Shown in pieces: positions 1-22,232 of a DNA stretch of 64,000 nt (the stretch's first letter is position 1; every line of letters begins with the position of its first letter). This DNA is from Macrostomum lignano. Lineage: Eukaryota. The stretch covers positions 496,001 through 560,000 of the forward strand of contig NIVC01000293.1 of NCBI GenBank assembly GCA_002269645.1. Direction: 5' to 3'. The notes beneath the pieces were generated by a model. It searched no databases. It was not told the origin of the DNA and was given only the letters and a program-made list of their open reading frames with translations. Both the position numbers and the translations under genes were made by a program.

Positions 1-7171
<7,171 letters not shown>

Positions 7172-8329
7172 GATCTGGAAATGGGGCAGATGTAGTTGGT
7201 GGTGCCGACAATCTGGCGCTTATTAAAATTATTACAGAAACTACAAAAACTTACCAAAATGGCAAACTTTTACAATAGGAATAAAATTATTCAGCAAATT
7301 AAATTTCTGTCCAGGCTGCAAGCAACAGTGATAAGAGCGGGCGGACGACTTTTTTTAAAGACAAAAACCAGGGGTAATGAGCCAACAAGCTCTCTCGATC
7401 TTCCTGCGTTATTTGCTAACTAATCATTTTTCTGCAAAAAAGAGCAACTTTGAAGTCAGACTGCGATAAGATACTGCCAGGCCAGTCGAGTCAGTTCTGT
7501 TACATAGTCAACAGTAACGACTGCATGCAGCAGTAGAAGCAATGCGCAGAAATAGCTGCTTAAATAGCTTCTGGACTAATTGTTGAAACTGATGACTATT
7601 TAAGGTGTAGATAATGTCAAGATGAAACAGGTCGATAGTAATAGCCATCGTAACTAATTTTATTTTATAAGTCTATGAATAAACTTTCTAATTAACAGTG
7701 CAGCTTTCTGGAATAGAAATCAAATTAAATATACACGCATGTAAGGTGCGATCCGTGTGTACTGGTACATTCAATATTTTAGAGCTTTGAAGCTTAGGAT
7801 CGATTACAATGCCTTAAACGGGTCTTACTTATAGTCAATTCCAGCATCAGTTTCATTTCCTTATCCTGCAGGTGCGCAATATAGCATAGCGCAGAAAAAT
7901 GTTTTCAGACATGCACCCATTCAAATCTATGCAGCTGTCCATCAAATTTAGGCATTTTACAATTTCCGCTTTTATCAGCCTAGTGAAACAAATTAATCAT
8001 GTAAAGTTTACTTGATTAACAAAGAAATCGAGATCGATATGATTCCGCCAACCATAAGAGATTTGAGTCTTGACCACGCAGTGTTCATGGTAGCGACAGT
8101 AGGATCGGTTTTCATACGAATGAATTTACCCAAAAATCGCTTTTTCGATCTACATAGGCTCGTACATGTACATAGATATGTACGTGTAAATTTCGCTCTA
8201 CATAAGCACTATACGACTGATTTTTATTTACAATATACCCTGACGAAGTCCCGGTTCGGGTCGAAATTTTTTTCTTAGAATTAAAGAAATTGTGAATTTG
8301 CTTCAACTGTGTGCGTGGTTTCATTTCGC

Positions 8330-8330
8330 C

Positions 8331-8385
<55 letters not shown>

Positions 8386-8502
8386 GAACCTGCCTTAATC
8401 GTTTCCGGTGATCTTGTGTGCGTGCATTCAGCTTGATTGGCTGCGGCAAGCAAGCTCGAAAGAGCTCGCTTCACTCGCTCTTTCTCGCTATCTACTATCT
8501 AC

Positions 8503-8551
<49 letters not shown>

Positions 8552-8590
8552 CATCTATCTATCCATCTATCTATCTATCCATCTATATTG
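8330..8590. repeat. Two (CTAT)n tracts (8330-8385 and ~8490-8590)
   Basis: Direct observation. Confidence 0.95.
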
Positions 8591-11039
8591 ATACTACTGA
8601 GCAGTTCGCAACAAAAGTAGTGCGCACGAATTTTAGTTCAGAATCACGAAAACTGCTTGATTCGGCATTCTTTCTGTGTATAATTTCTGTCTGTCCAGTC
8701 GATAGCTTCCTCGGCCCTACTAGGTGACTAAGAACGCTCAGACAGCTCCATTCATGCAGCTCCCTCACATGTGTTCTCATGGGATATCGAAGGTAAGAAA
8801 GGATAAATTGTAATTTACGACCTGGCCGCTTCAATGGGACTATGGCGCTATTGCGGCTTTAGAGGTGACACACTAGGCTGATCCAACCGTCTGTGCATCG
8901 AATGGGACCGATGGGAGGTACTTGGCAGTTTCGAAGAGAACTGCCAATGTGCCAAGACGTCCGATGTGCTTCAGCAGCAAAAGAGTGTACATGGTCTGTG
9001 GTTGGCGAATCGATTTCTCGAAGGCGCGGTAGGCTGCTATGCCTGCGACAAGAGAAGAGATCCAAGAGCGACAGAAGATCGATCAGAAGACTCGGTGTTG
9101 AGAGGAGGAAGTGGCGTTGATATTGCGATAGGTATACACATGTAGATCAATCTACCAAATCGATGTACATGTAATTGTGATGAATGGCCCAAGGACAACT
9201 GAAGTTACTTCAGTTGTCCTTGGAATGGCCCTGTGCGTATTGGTCCACTCTGTTACCAGGCAAATTATATAATAATTAGCCAGTCAAATTAAACTGCCAA
9301 CTTATGCAGGGATAAAGGCATGAATTCGAGTCGAATGTAGTGATTACTTTCGAAAGACAGCTGAGCTCAGCCCCAACACTGGGTCCGTCGGTTACAAAGA
9401 TGAAAAAGCCCTGCTTTACAATTTCTAATCACAACAGCACACAGGAAATGCAGATATGGTTAACTTTTTATCCACTGGGGGTTCTGTCATCCCAGCTAAT
9501 CAGAAAACAAACAAATCAGAACCATGTTAACCTTATCACGCAAATCAGATCTGTGTGACTCTCCAAAGAATTTCTTTTGATTTTTATTAATTTTTGTTAT
9601 ACTAGTGTATTTTTTATTTTCCAAATCACCGCTAGTAACAAATTAAAGTTTAAATTATAAGTAGGAAGATGAAATACTACACACGAACTCTGATATGCCG
9701 TATTTGGAGATAAAATAGGGCGGGAAATGGGACACGATTTGTTGGATAGCAACCAATGAGAATTAGGAACAACCGAATTTGAAGAAAGTCGCATTGGCAG
9801 AGCTGCTCCGCCTGAAGAATTTTTTGAAGGAACAGAATCACAACCGACGGACAAAAGCACAAAAAAGTTACAACAGATTCATCTACGGGTTTTCCATAAT
9901 ATCCGATGGAAATTGACACGTCACACGAGAACATTGGCTTATAAATCGCAAACAAAAATTGCAACAAACAGTACAAGAGCAACTGGCAAAGACGATAAAG
10001 TTCCGAAAAAATACTAATATGAAAGAATTACTTTTATATAGTCAGAGCGCATGGAGCAAGCATTCGAATATGCGGCTGAAATTTAGTGGCATTTCAAGGA
10101 TGAAAATCATTAAAACAAATAGCAAGTGACAAGAAACTCTTATAGAGTATTGCATATTCTTACCAACAAAAACTCGAATCACAACTACATATTTGAACGT
10201 TTTCAAGCAAAATACTAGCAGTAATATTATTGTTGAGGTTGGCAACTATTTTTAGTGAATTAAAAGCTTCAGAGATGTCTTAAATTAATTAAACTATACG
10301 GAAGAATAGGTATTTTAAATTTCAAAGTGGATCAGAAACAATGCATGGATTAAAATTAAAGAATAAGATAAACCTGGAGCAATTTATCCACAAAAATAGT
10401 AGTTTAATAAAGAATTCATTTCATTTATGCGAAAGGCACCAACACGCTTCTGAAATTCGTGAATTGAACCACAAAAATTTTAACAAATAAGAAAATAAGT
10501 GATGATAAATTATGTTATATATGCCTTTCAAACAATAAGACATTTACGAACAAACATAAACAAGTGTTTAAAAAAATAAATTTTAGCATTTGAATAATTT
10601 TGTCTGCAAAAGTCGAAACTTCATCATCAAAATGGCTTTGCAAAATCGCGTTCACTTGAGCAGTGAGTCCTATCAGTTGAGTATGTGTTTTAATGAGCTT
10701 TTGAATATAAATTTCAAAGTTTCCCCAGAGAAAAGAAAAGAGTTTCGTCCCGATTAAATAATCTGACTTCTAAAAATCTATTTTGTTATATAGGTATCCT
10801 CAAAGAGAAGCCTATATACTTCTGTTAGTTTGACTACTGAAAAGGTGAACTTGACTAAATCCAAAGGGATTTCAAACTCAAAGGGAAAATAGCACAGCTC
10901 GTCGTTGCATTATCAACATAAGCTACTACACTACTTATAAGTATTTAAGTAACATGTAGCTAAACATACCCGTACGGAAGAAACCTTACGACGAAAAATC
11001 TGCCCCCCATTTAATTTAGTTATACTTGCAATCCTAATA

Positions 11040-14000
11040 TTAATAGTTCCTAGTACTCGAGTTAATTGAGGATCCCCTTTCGCGAAGCGCATCAGCCGCA
11101 GCAACGGCAGTGCCTGGCTCCACCTCGTCAGGCATAGGCAAGTCCAGCTGTTTCACCAGCTCATATTTGTGACCGCCCACCCCGGCCGCACTTCTAGCCG
11201 CCAGGCGTTGCATTATGATGGCGGTTAGTAGGGCCAGGAATTTGAAGAACATCAGAAAGCCCTGGATGACGAAAAAGTAACGATACTCGTAGCGTTCGGC
11301 TATCATGGCGGTGACGGACGGCGATAGCGCCATGCCGACACCCATGCCGGCCAGGCTGAACGGATACGCCAGGTGTCCCGGCAGCATCGTCATCTCCTCA
11401 CCGGCCGGGAACAGAAACGTTATACTCGGACCCATGCAGAATCCGGACAGGTAGGCCAAGAAATAGCTCAACGTCTCGTTCGAGGCGACAACTTCCCAGT
11501 AGATTAGCGAGCAGGACATCACGAAGGTTGTGGAGCTCAGAATATATTTGAGTCGATTTTTCAACAGGTTCTTTGTGAGCACGGCGATCACCGCTGCAAT
11601 GGCGTAGGTGGACGCTTCTCCGGATGCGAACAGCAGCGTCAGATGGGAGCTCTTAGTCAGCGAAGCCTCCCTACGCCTGACATAGTCAGCTAGGTTCAGC
11701 AGCATGCCGTACGTAACAATACTAGTCATAATTCGATCGAAGAACCAAAGCACTAAATAGGGAACTTTATCCCGTTCAACATCCCAAATAGCACCCAGGC
11801 ATTTCTTATCGTTAGCGTACGGTGGCAAATCTTCGCGTTTCGTAAAAAAACAACTGCCAGTCAGAGTGACAAAGAAGTAGATAACGCCAAGAATTAGGAA
11901 GGCATTTCTCCAGTTGTAAACCTCTATCAGATAGGCGTACAGTTGCACAAACAATATGGACGCTATGGAGCCTCCACTGACTAGTGTCGTAGCCAGAATG
12001 TGGTACGGATGCTGCTTATCGAAGTGTTCGTTGACAACCAGACCAACTACGCTGAGGATTAGCGACGATCCAATGCCGTGAAACAGCGTGTGCGTGAGAA
12101 ACAGCCAGTGCGGATTTGGTACGAACGCGCTGGTGACGCAGGCCAGCAGGATTGCAAGAGTGCCGAGCAGTTGGAACAGCTGGAATCTGCGGCCGTAGGC
12201 TAAAATGATCGACGTGCTCAGCGTGGTGGTCATGTAGCCGAATGCGGCGTACGAGTCGCCGATCCAGTTCAGCTCGGCCAGCGTGATGGTTTGATTGAAT
12301 TCGACGTGCAGTTGGGCTACGAAGACGCCGAATGCGCGCCGTTTGCCGCCCAGAAAGATGACATTGATGGCGGCGAACGCCAGGATTAGCCATGCCCAGG
12401 TCTGCTGGGGTCTCTGCGGGCTGGGCAGTGGCACGAGAATGACTGCTGTTTAGATAATTTAAAAACCATTTTGGCTCACAAAAGTGCAATGTACATGTAT
12501 GTCCTATTCAATGTAGCTACCAAATTCATTACCCAATAAAGGAAACCCTACTCCCTCAAAGACAGGGTGTAAATGTACATCTGATCTGAAGACATGGGTA
12601 CCTCACTAAGAAGACAGGAGTGCCTCACTATAAGAAGACAGGAGTGCCTCACAATAAGAAGACAGGAGTGCCTCACTAAGAACACCAGGAGTGCCTCACT
12701 ATAAGAAGACAGGAGTGCCTCACTTAGAAGACAGGAGTGCCTCACTATAAGAAGACAGGAGTGCCTCACTATAAGAAGATTGGAGTGCCTCACTATAAGA
12801 AGATTGGAGAGCCTCACTTAAAGACAGGAGTGCCTCACTATAAGAAGACAGGAGTGCCTCACTATAAGAAGATTGGAGTGCCTCACTATAAGAAGACAGG
12901 AGTGCCTCACTATAAGAAGACAGGAGTGCCTCACTATAAGAAGACAGGAGTGCCTCACTATAAGAAGACAGGAGTGCCTCACTATAAGAAGACAGGAGTG
13001 CCTCACTATAAGAAGACAGGAGTGCCTCACTATAAGAAGACAGGAGTGCCTCACTATAAGAAGACAGGAGTGCCTCACTATAAGAAGATTGGAGTGCCTC
13101 ACTATAAGAAGACAGGAGTGCCTCACTAAGAAGACAGGAGTGCCTCACTATAAGAAGACAGGAGTGCCTCACTAAGAAGACAGGAGTGCCTCACTATAAG
13201 AAGATTGGAGTGCCTCACTATAAGAAGACAGGAGTGCCTCACTATAAGAAAACAGGAGTGCCTCACTATAAGAAGACAGGAATGCCTCACTAAAAAGACA
13301 GGAGTGCCTCGCTAAGAAGACAGGAATGCCTCACTAAGAAGACAGGAGTGCCTCACTAAGAACACCAGGAGTGCCTCACTATAAGAAGACAGGAGTGCCT
13401 CACTTAGAAGACAGGAGTGCCTCACTATAAGAAGACAGGAGTGCCTCACTATAAGAAGATTGGAGTGCCTCACTATAAGAAGATTGGAGAGCCTCACTTA
13501 AAGACAGGAGTGCCTCACTATAAGAAGACAGGAGTGCCTCACTATAAGAAGATTGGAGTGCCTCACTATAAGAAGACAGGAGTGCCTCACTATAAGAAGA
13601 CAGGAGTGCCTCACTATAAGAAGACAGGAGTGCCTCACAATAAGAAGACAGGAGTGCCTCACTAAGAACACCAGGAGTGCCTCACTATAAGAAGACAGGA
13701 GTGCCTCACTTAGAAGACAGGAGTGCCTCACTATAAGAAGACAGGAGTGCCTCACTATAAGAAGATTGGAGTGCCTCACTATAAGAAGACAGGAGTGCCT
13801 CACTAAGAAGACAGGAGTGCCTCACTATAAGAAGACAGGAGTGCCTCACTAAGAAGACAGGAGTGCCTCACTATAAGAAGATTGGAGTGCCTCACTGCCT
13901 CACTATAAGAAGACAGGAGTGCCTCACTATAAGAAAACAGGAGTGCCTCACTATAAGAAGACAGGAATGCCTCACTAAAAAGACAGGAGTGCCTCGCTAA

Positions 14001-14205
14001 GAAGACAGGAATGCCTCACTAAGAAGACAGGAGTGCCTCACTAAGAACACCAGGAGTGCCTCACTAAGAAGACAGGAGTGCCTCACTAAGAACACCAGGA
14101 GTGCCTCACTAAGAAGACAGGAGTGCCTCACTAAGAAGACAGGAGTGCCTCACTAAGAAGACAGGAGTGCCTCACTAAGAAGACGAGTGCCTCACCAGAA
14201 CACAT
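11040..14205 (-). CDS. SLC16/MCT-like major facilitator superfamily transporter (~470 aa). Main exon ~12445-11040; probable start mini-exon 14205-14196 (ATG TGT TCT G|GTGAG).
   Basis: 464-aa ORF with about 12 hydrophobic segments and MCT-like motifs (AFGVF, WIG, GIGSSL, VNEHFDK). The ORF begins at GTG just after a CAGCAG tandem acceptor, and the phase-1 mini-exon restores an ATG in frame. The start exon is inferred. Confidence 0.8.
12600..14195. repeat. 24-bp minisatellite (GGAGTGCCTCACTATAAGAAGACA, with 21-bp variants), ~65-70 copies, with a ~680-bp internal block duplication
   Basis: The rare variant AGATTGGAGAGCCTCACTTAAAG recurs at 12801 and 13481. Confidence 0.95.
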
Positions 14206-16049
14206 GGCTGCTCATTAGAAGATAGGGGTGCCAAGTTCAAAAAGGTATTTTCAAAACTCACATATATGAGTAACAATTATCAAAGAGATTTATTTTAAAC
14301 TAATCAACTAATTATCCTATACACTGCTTACCGATTTTCTTGTAAATCAGCTCCGCTTCGGCATGCTTGTTTCATGAAATTCACTTCAACAGCAACTCTA
14401 TTTTAACCAAAATATTTCTAGAAACTGTTTTGTCAGAACTCAGGCAACAATATTTTCTCCAGTTTTGTCCGCCTCACATGCGTCTTATAAACAGTCTGCC
14501 CCCCTCTCTCATTCTTCATCACTCTGTACTCGCTCGAGCTTCAAACTATAATAGAAGATGTACATTAATAAGTAGCTACCTGGTATAAATGCCTAATCTA
14601 GAGAATGCAGCTTCCATTCTCTTCTCTCTACCTTAATGACGTATATTTAAAACGTATTTCTTCATTCGAGCTTTCGGAAGACTCACATGAATACTGCTGT
14701 TTGTACAGAGCTGACTCGTGCTACACTGAGAGCTGCCATCTGCACAATTGTGCACAGCATTTTTAACCATTCCTTAGCAGAAAGGAAACTGTGTACTGTA
14801 GTTTGTAGCTAAGGCCTTAGCAACCTTTCTTATAATACACACGAGCTAGTAAGTACACTACCGTATGTATACAGTATACGCTCCAATGTTGCGTATTTTT
14901 CATACGACGTAGACAGTTAAGCAACTTGATGACTTAATCACAAGTTACAAATATTATTTTTGCTAGCATGCTAGCATATTTTTGCTAAAGCCCCTTGGTG
15001 TTAATTATGACATTATACTTTACATTGCCACGAGTTATTGAGGTTGGGATTCAGCTTCTGCTGCGTACACAATTTTTACAGTAAAACAAAGCAATTCAAA
15101 GAAACACATGCAAGTTAAAAACATAAAACTCATGAGACTTACATTGCAACAGAAACTGGCATAGCTAAAGTTCTGTGCTGTTCCAAAAGCTCCAATTAGG
15201 TCGGTAGATCAGGACGCGATTCTAGTTGCTACCCTGAATGCCAAGTTGAACCGAATGAGAAGAGATGTCTAAAAATTTACCAGAGAAAATGTAAACAATA
15301 CTCCTACAATTTTCCTATAGAAAATAGGAAAATACCCTAGGTTAAGAACAAATGTGTTCTCAACGAGCTACCGTTGAAGGCCATATGCATATATATAATA
15401 TCCATGTATAAAATTTCTCATATTTTCCTTCGATTAGAAATTTCCTCCACACTCTCAAACACCCCCCCCCCCCAAACCTCCCATAGGCAGAGTTGCTCAC
15501 CACACCGCGCTCACTTGTTCACTCTGGCTGATTCGACCCCCTTTCTATAGAACGTTTGTCTCGTGGCTTAAAACCTACAGGCAAGGGGGGGTTGGTGTTG
15601 TTGCAACTTGCAGTCACGAGCAGCTGTCTTGTATAGCCTTGAAGTCAACTGACTGACTGACTCTCTCTCTCTCCCTCTCTCTCCTCTCTCTCTTTCTCTC
15701 TCTCTCCTGACTCTATAACTGACAAACTTGCATTCAGAGTTGAGAATTCGAGACCAATATATATGATTACCAATATTGGAGCTTTGAGTCTTTTGGGGTA
15801 GGTTTGAGTCTTGCGTTGGCCTGTTTTAAGGATTTTGGGGGAGAGCAGGCAAGCTCAAACTCATATGCCGTGTGAGTTGGCGTTGGAATCTTTCCTTACT
15901 GCGTCTTCAAACTTTATACGTTAGAATTGAGTTGGAGTTTCTTAAAAAATCAATAGCTTATTTGAGAAATGCAGAGTTTGCTGCAGTGTGGGAACTCGGT
16001 TATAGTCAGCCTATCTAAGAGTGTACATCTGGTTGGCGGACATTGGATT

Positions 16050-17312
16050 GTGTCAGTGGGACTCTATCCACGGATTGTGTGTCAGTGGGACTCTATCCAC
16101 GGATTGTGTGTCAGTGGGACTCTATCCACGGATTGTGTCAGTGGGACTCTATCCACGGATTGTGTCAGTGGGACTCTATCCACGGATTGTGTGCCAGTGG
16201 GACTCTATCCACGGATTGTGTGTCAGTGGGACTCAATCCACGGATTGTGTGTCAGTGGGACCCTATCCACGGATTGTGTGTCAGTGGGACTCTATCCACG
16301 GATTGTGTCAGTGGGACTCTATCCACGGATTGTGTCAGTGGGACTCAATCCACGGATTGTGTCAGTGGGACTCTATCCACGGATTGTGTGTCAGTGGGAC
16401 TCAATCCACGGATTGTGTCAGTGGGACTCAATCCACGGATTGTGTCAGTGGGACTCAATCCACGGATTGTGTCAGTGGGACTCTATCCACGGATTGTGTC
16501 AGTGGGACTCAATCCACGGATTGTGTGTCAGTGGGACTCTATCCACGGATTGTGTGTCAGTGGGACTCTATCCACGGGTTGTGTGTCAGTGGGACTCTAT
16601 CCACGGATTGTGTCAGTGGGACTCAATCCACGGATTGTGTCAGTGGGACTCTATCCACGGATTGTGTCAGTGGGACTCTATCCACGGATTGTGTGTCAGT
16701 GGGACTCTATCCACGGATTGTGTGTCAGTGGGACTCTATCCACGGGTTGTGTGTCAGTGGGACTCTATCCACGGATTGTGTGTCAGTGGGACTTTATCCA
16801 CGGATTGTGTGCCAGTGGGACTCTATCCACGGATTGTGTGTCAGTGGGACTCTATCCACGGATCGTATGTCAGTGGGACTCTATCCACGGATTGTGTCAG
16901 TGGGACTCAATCCACGGATTGTGTGTCAGTGGGACTCTATCCACGGATTGTGTGTCAGTGGGACTCTATCCACGGATTGTGTCAGTGGGACTCTATCCAC
17001 GGATTGTGTGTCAGTGGGACTCTATCCACGGATTGTGTGTCAGTGGGACTCTATCCACGGATTGTGTGTCAGTGGGACTCTATCCACGGATTGTGTGTCA
17101 GTGGGACTCTATCCACGGATTGTGTCAGTGGGACTCTATCCACGGATTGTGTGTCAGTGGGACTCTATCCACGGATTGTGTCAGTGGGACTCTATCCACG
17201 GATTGTGTGTCAGTGGGACTCTATCCACGGATTGTGTGTCAGTGGGACTCTATCCACGGATTGTGTGTCAGTGGGACTCTATCCACGGATTGTGTCAGTG
17301 GGACTCTATCCA
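16050..17312. repeat. 27/29-bp minisatellite (GTCAGTGGGACTCTATCCACGGATTGT[GT]), ~45 copies
   Basis: Tandem copies; source of three 425-495 aa repeat ORFs. Confidence 0.97.
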
Positions 17313-17869
17313 CGAGTTGAGTAACTGTGCGCGAGTCCAGGACCCCCCGCAGAGGGACAGATCGAGTTGCACTGTCAGTTTAGCTGCAGCTGTCTACCCC
17401 TGGTCCAACCTTTGCAATCGGTTAATTTTTTCAAGTCAAGGCTTTGTCCCAAAAACTTTCCCTTTTTTTAGGCACTTGTTCATGTACTTGATCTCAAATA
17501 AGCTTTGACTACTGTGGAACATTGCTATCCGTATTGGAGAAAGATTTTGCTAAAATCGAAAATGCACATTGTAGAGCTTGATACACAACTTTATACACGT
17601 AGCTCTGCTGCAGGATAGCTAGTCAGGGGCTATTTATTTCTATAGGTACAGTGTAGCCAATTGATTTTAATCTGGGTAGACAGTGGTCTCTTTAAACAAA
17701 AAATATAAAATATGTATGAATATTATTTGAAATTTTTGTGCTGTTCGCACAGTGGTGTAGGGAAACCTGCTCAAATAAGATTAAAAACTTTCTCGGGTCA
17801 GATGAAAGATTGAAAGACAGGTAGCTTTTAACTGGTTAGTCTCTTTATTAGTTTAGCGAGAGATTAGCG

Positions 17870-18960
17870 AGGAGGGATTAGTGAATAGAGATTAGCGAGG
17901 AGGAATTAGGGAGGAGGGATTAGCAAGGAGGGATTAGCAAGGAGGGATTAGCGAGGCGAGATTAGCGAGGATGGATTAGTCAGGAGGGATTAGAGAGGAG
18001 GGATTAGAGCGAAGGGATTAGCGAGGAGGGATTAGAGAGGAAAGATTAGCGAGGAGGGATTAGCAAGGAGGGATTAGAGAGGAGGGATTAGAGAGGAGGG
18101 ATTAGGGAGAAGGGATTAACGAGGAGGGATTAGAGAGGAGGGATTAGAGAGGAAAGATTAGCGAGGAGGGATTAGCGAGGAGGGATTAGCAAGGAGGGAT
18201 TAGAGAGGAGGGATTAGAGAGGAGGGATTAGAGAGGAGGGATTAGCAAGGAGGGATTAGCGAGGAGGGATTAGAGAGGAGGGATTAGCGAGAAGGGATTA
18301 GCGAGAAGGGATTAGCGTGGAGGGATTAGAGAGGAGGGATTAAAGAGGACGGATTAGCGAGAAGGGATTAACGAGGAGGGATTAGAGAGGAGGGATTAGA
18401 GAGGAGGGATTAGCAAGGAGGGATTAGCGAGGAGGGATTAGAGAGGAGGGATTAGCGAGAAGGGATTAGCGAGAAGGGATTAGCGTGGAGGGATTAGAGA
18501 GGAGGGATTAAAGAGGACGGATTAGCGAGAAGGGATTAACGAGGAGGGATTAGAGAGGAGGGATTAGAGAGGAGGGATTAGCAAGGAGGGATTAGCGAGG
18601 AGGGATTAGAGAGGAGGGATTAGCGAGAAGGGATTAGCGAGAAGGGATTAGCGTGGAGGGATTAGAGAGGAGGGATTAAAGAGGACGGATTAGCGAGAAG
18701 GGATTAACGAGGAGGGATTAGAGAGGAGGGATTAGAGAGGAGGGATTAGCGAGGAGGGATTAGAGAGGAGGGATTAGAGAGGAGGGATTAGCGAGAAGGG
18801 ATTAGCGAGAAGGGATTAGCGTGGAGGGATTAGAGAGGAGGGATTAAAGAGGACGGATTAGCGAGGAGGGATTAGAGAGGAGGGATTAGCGAGGAGGGAT
18901 TAGAGAGGAGGGATTAGAGAGGAGGGATTAGAGAGGAGGGATTAGAGAGGATGTATTAGC
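17870..18960. repeat. 14-bp purine-rich minisatellite (GGGATTAGCGAGGA) with a 168-bp (12-mer) higher-order repeat
   Basis: The GCGTGG variant occurs at 18315, 18483, 18651 and 18819, each exactly 168 bp apart. Confidence 0.95.
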
Positions 18961-19866
18961 CAGGAGGGATCAATGAGGGAAATTATCGTTGGGATGAGCT
19001 AGAGACACAAGCGAAAAAGGAATTAACCCTGCAAGCAATAAACTTACATTGAAGAGGAGCCGGAAGTCTACCTGAAAAAATAAATTCCTTAAATATCCTA
19101 AACTGAAACTGACATTTTCAATGAGATTATATAAGGAATTGAAGTTTTTCCTCTAATGTAGATTTCAAAATTTAGGACAGTTCAAACAGATTACTTAGTT
19201 AGTGCATCCGTGTTGTTGACTTGAAATAAAGTTGGTCTAAACTACGATATTCTTATCGGTGGAGACATTAAACCAAGTTAAACCGGTTTATCAGTATTAA
19301 TGTAAACAATTTCAAATGATTTCCTAGAAACTTGCACTACTTTCCGTTTTGCACTGAAAGAATTAGCATTTTAAGTCACTACAGATTTTACAGGCATAAA
19401 TTTTTATTAGTCAGCGTGGTTCCGATAACAAATATAGTAACTTACCAGTTTGGAAAACGTTTGATTTAACAGTTGCATCCTGGCGTCAAGGCAGACCTTA
19501 AAGCTAAACGTCAGATTGGCTAATCATTTGGCTTAATCATCATTTTAAAGACTCTAGAAGGATTCTAGATTGGGAAAAAAGAGTAGTTAAGCTGTCATAA
19601 TGTAATTTAAGATCAAGGTGCTACTTATTTATATCAAATGTGAGACTTAATGAAACTTCTTAGCATTCAGGCACTTCAAATAATTATTGTCTATGGTAAT
19701 TTATGTCAACATATACAACTATATAAAATACGATTGCTTATTTAATCGTTAAAAAATTGTACTATTCTGAGCCGGGAATGTGTTGTCTGTGGTAATTTTT
19801 AACAAAAACTAGGATATTATATCATATAATCTCCTCGAAATCAGGAGCAATCGAATTTAATATATG

Positions 19867-20011
19867 ATAAACGCCGTTTAATTCATCATAGTCTATGGTT
19901 AGAATATCCTCGGCTGCAATCAATGGTCCTCGGCTCGCTACGCTCGCCTCGAGACCATTAAACGCAGCCTCGGACATTCTAACCACAGAATGTGAATTAA
20001 ACGGCGTTTAT
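19867..20011. mobile_element. ~145-bp imperfect palindrome (MITE/foldback-like)
   Basis: ATAAACGCCGTTTAATTCA (19867) is a perfect 19-bp inverted repeat of TGAATTAAACGGCGTTTAT (ends 20011). Inner arms GGTTAGAAT/ATTCTAACC, GGCTGC/GCAGCC and AATGGTC/GACCATT also pair. Confidence 0.6.
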
Positions 20012-20056
20012 TATTTACATATAGAACTATGGCCGAGACTAATTAAGTCGCTTCAC

Positions 20057-22232
<2,176 letters not shown>

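Noticed and set aside
8590-9120. Small ORFs between the DSTYK-like and MCT-like genes
   Set aside because: No family motif, consistent splice structure or codon signal.
14667-14750. Upstream ATG-containing exon for the MCT-like gene
   Set aside because: Its donor is phase 2, incompatible with the phase-1 acceptors at 12445/12442; it may be a 5' UTR exon.
15969-17508. Three overlapping 425-495 aa Cys/Trp-rich ORFs
   Set aside because: All three frames are open over a 27/29-bp array with frame-shifting unit variants, so this is a repeat artefact.
17870-18960. Interstitial telomeric repeat (GGGATTAG; also ATTAG at 44.9-47.4 kb)
   Set aside because: GGGATT is the reverse, not the reverse complement, of TTAGGG; no true TTAGGG or TTAGG runs are present.
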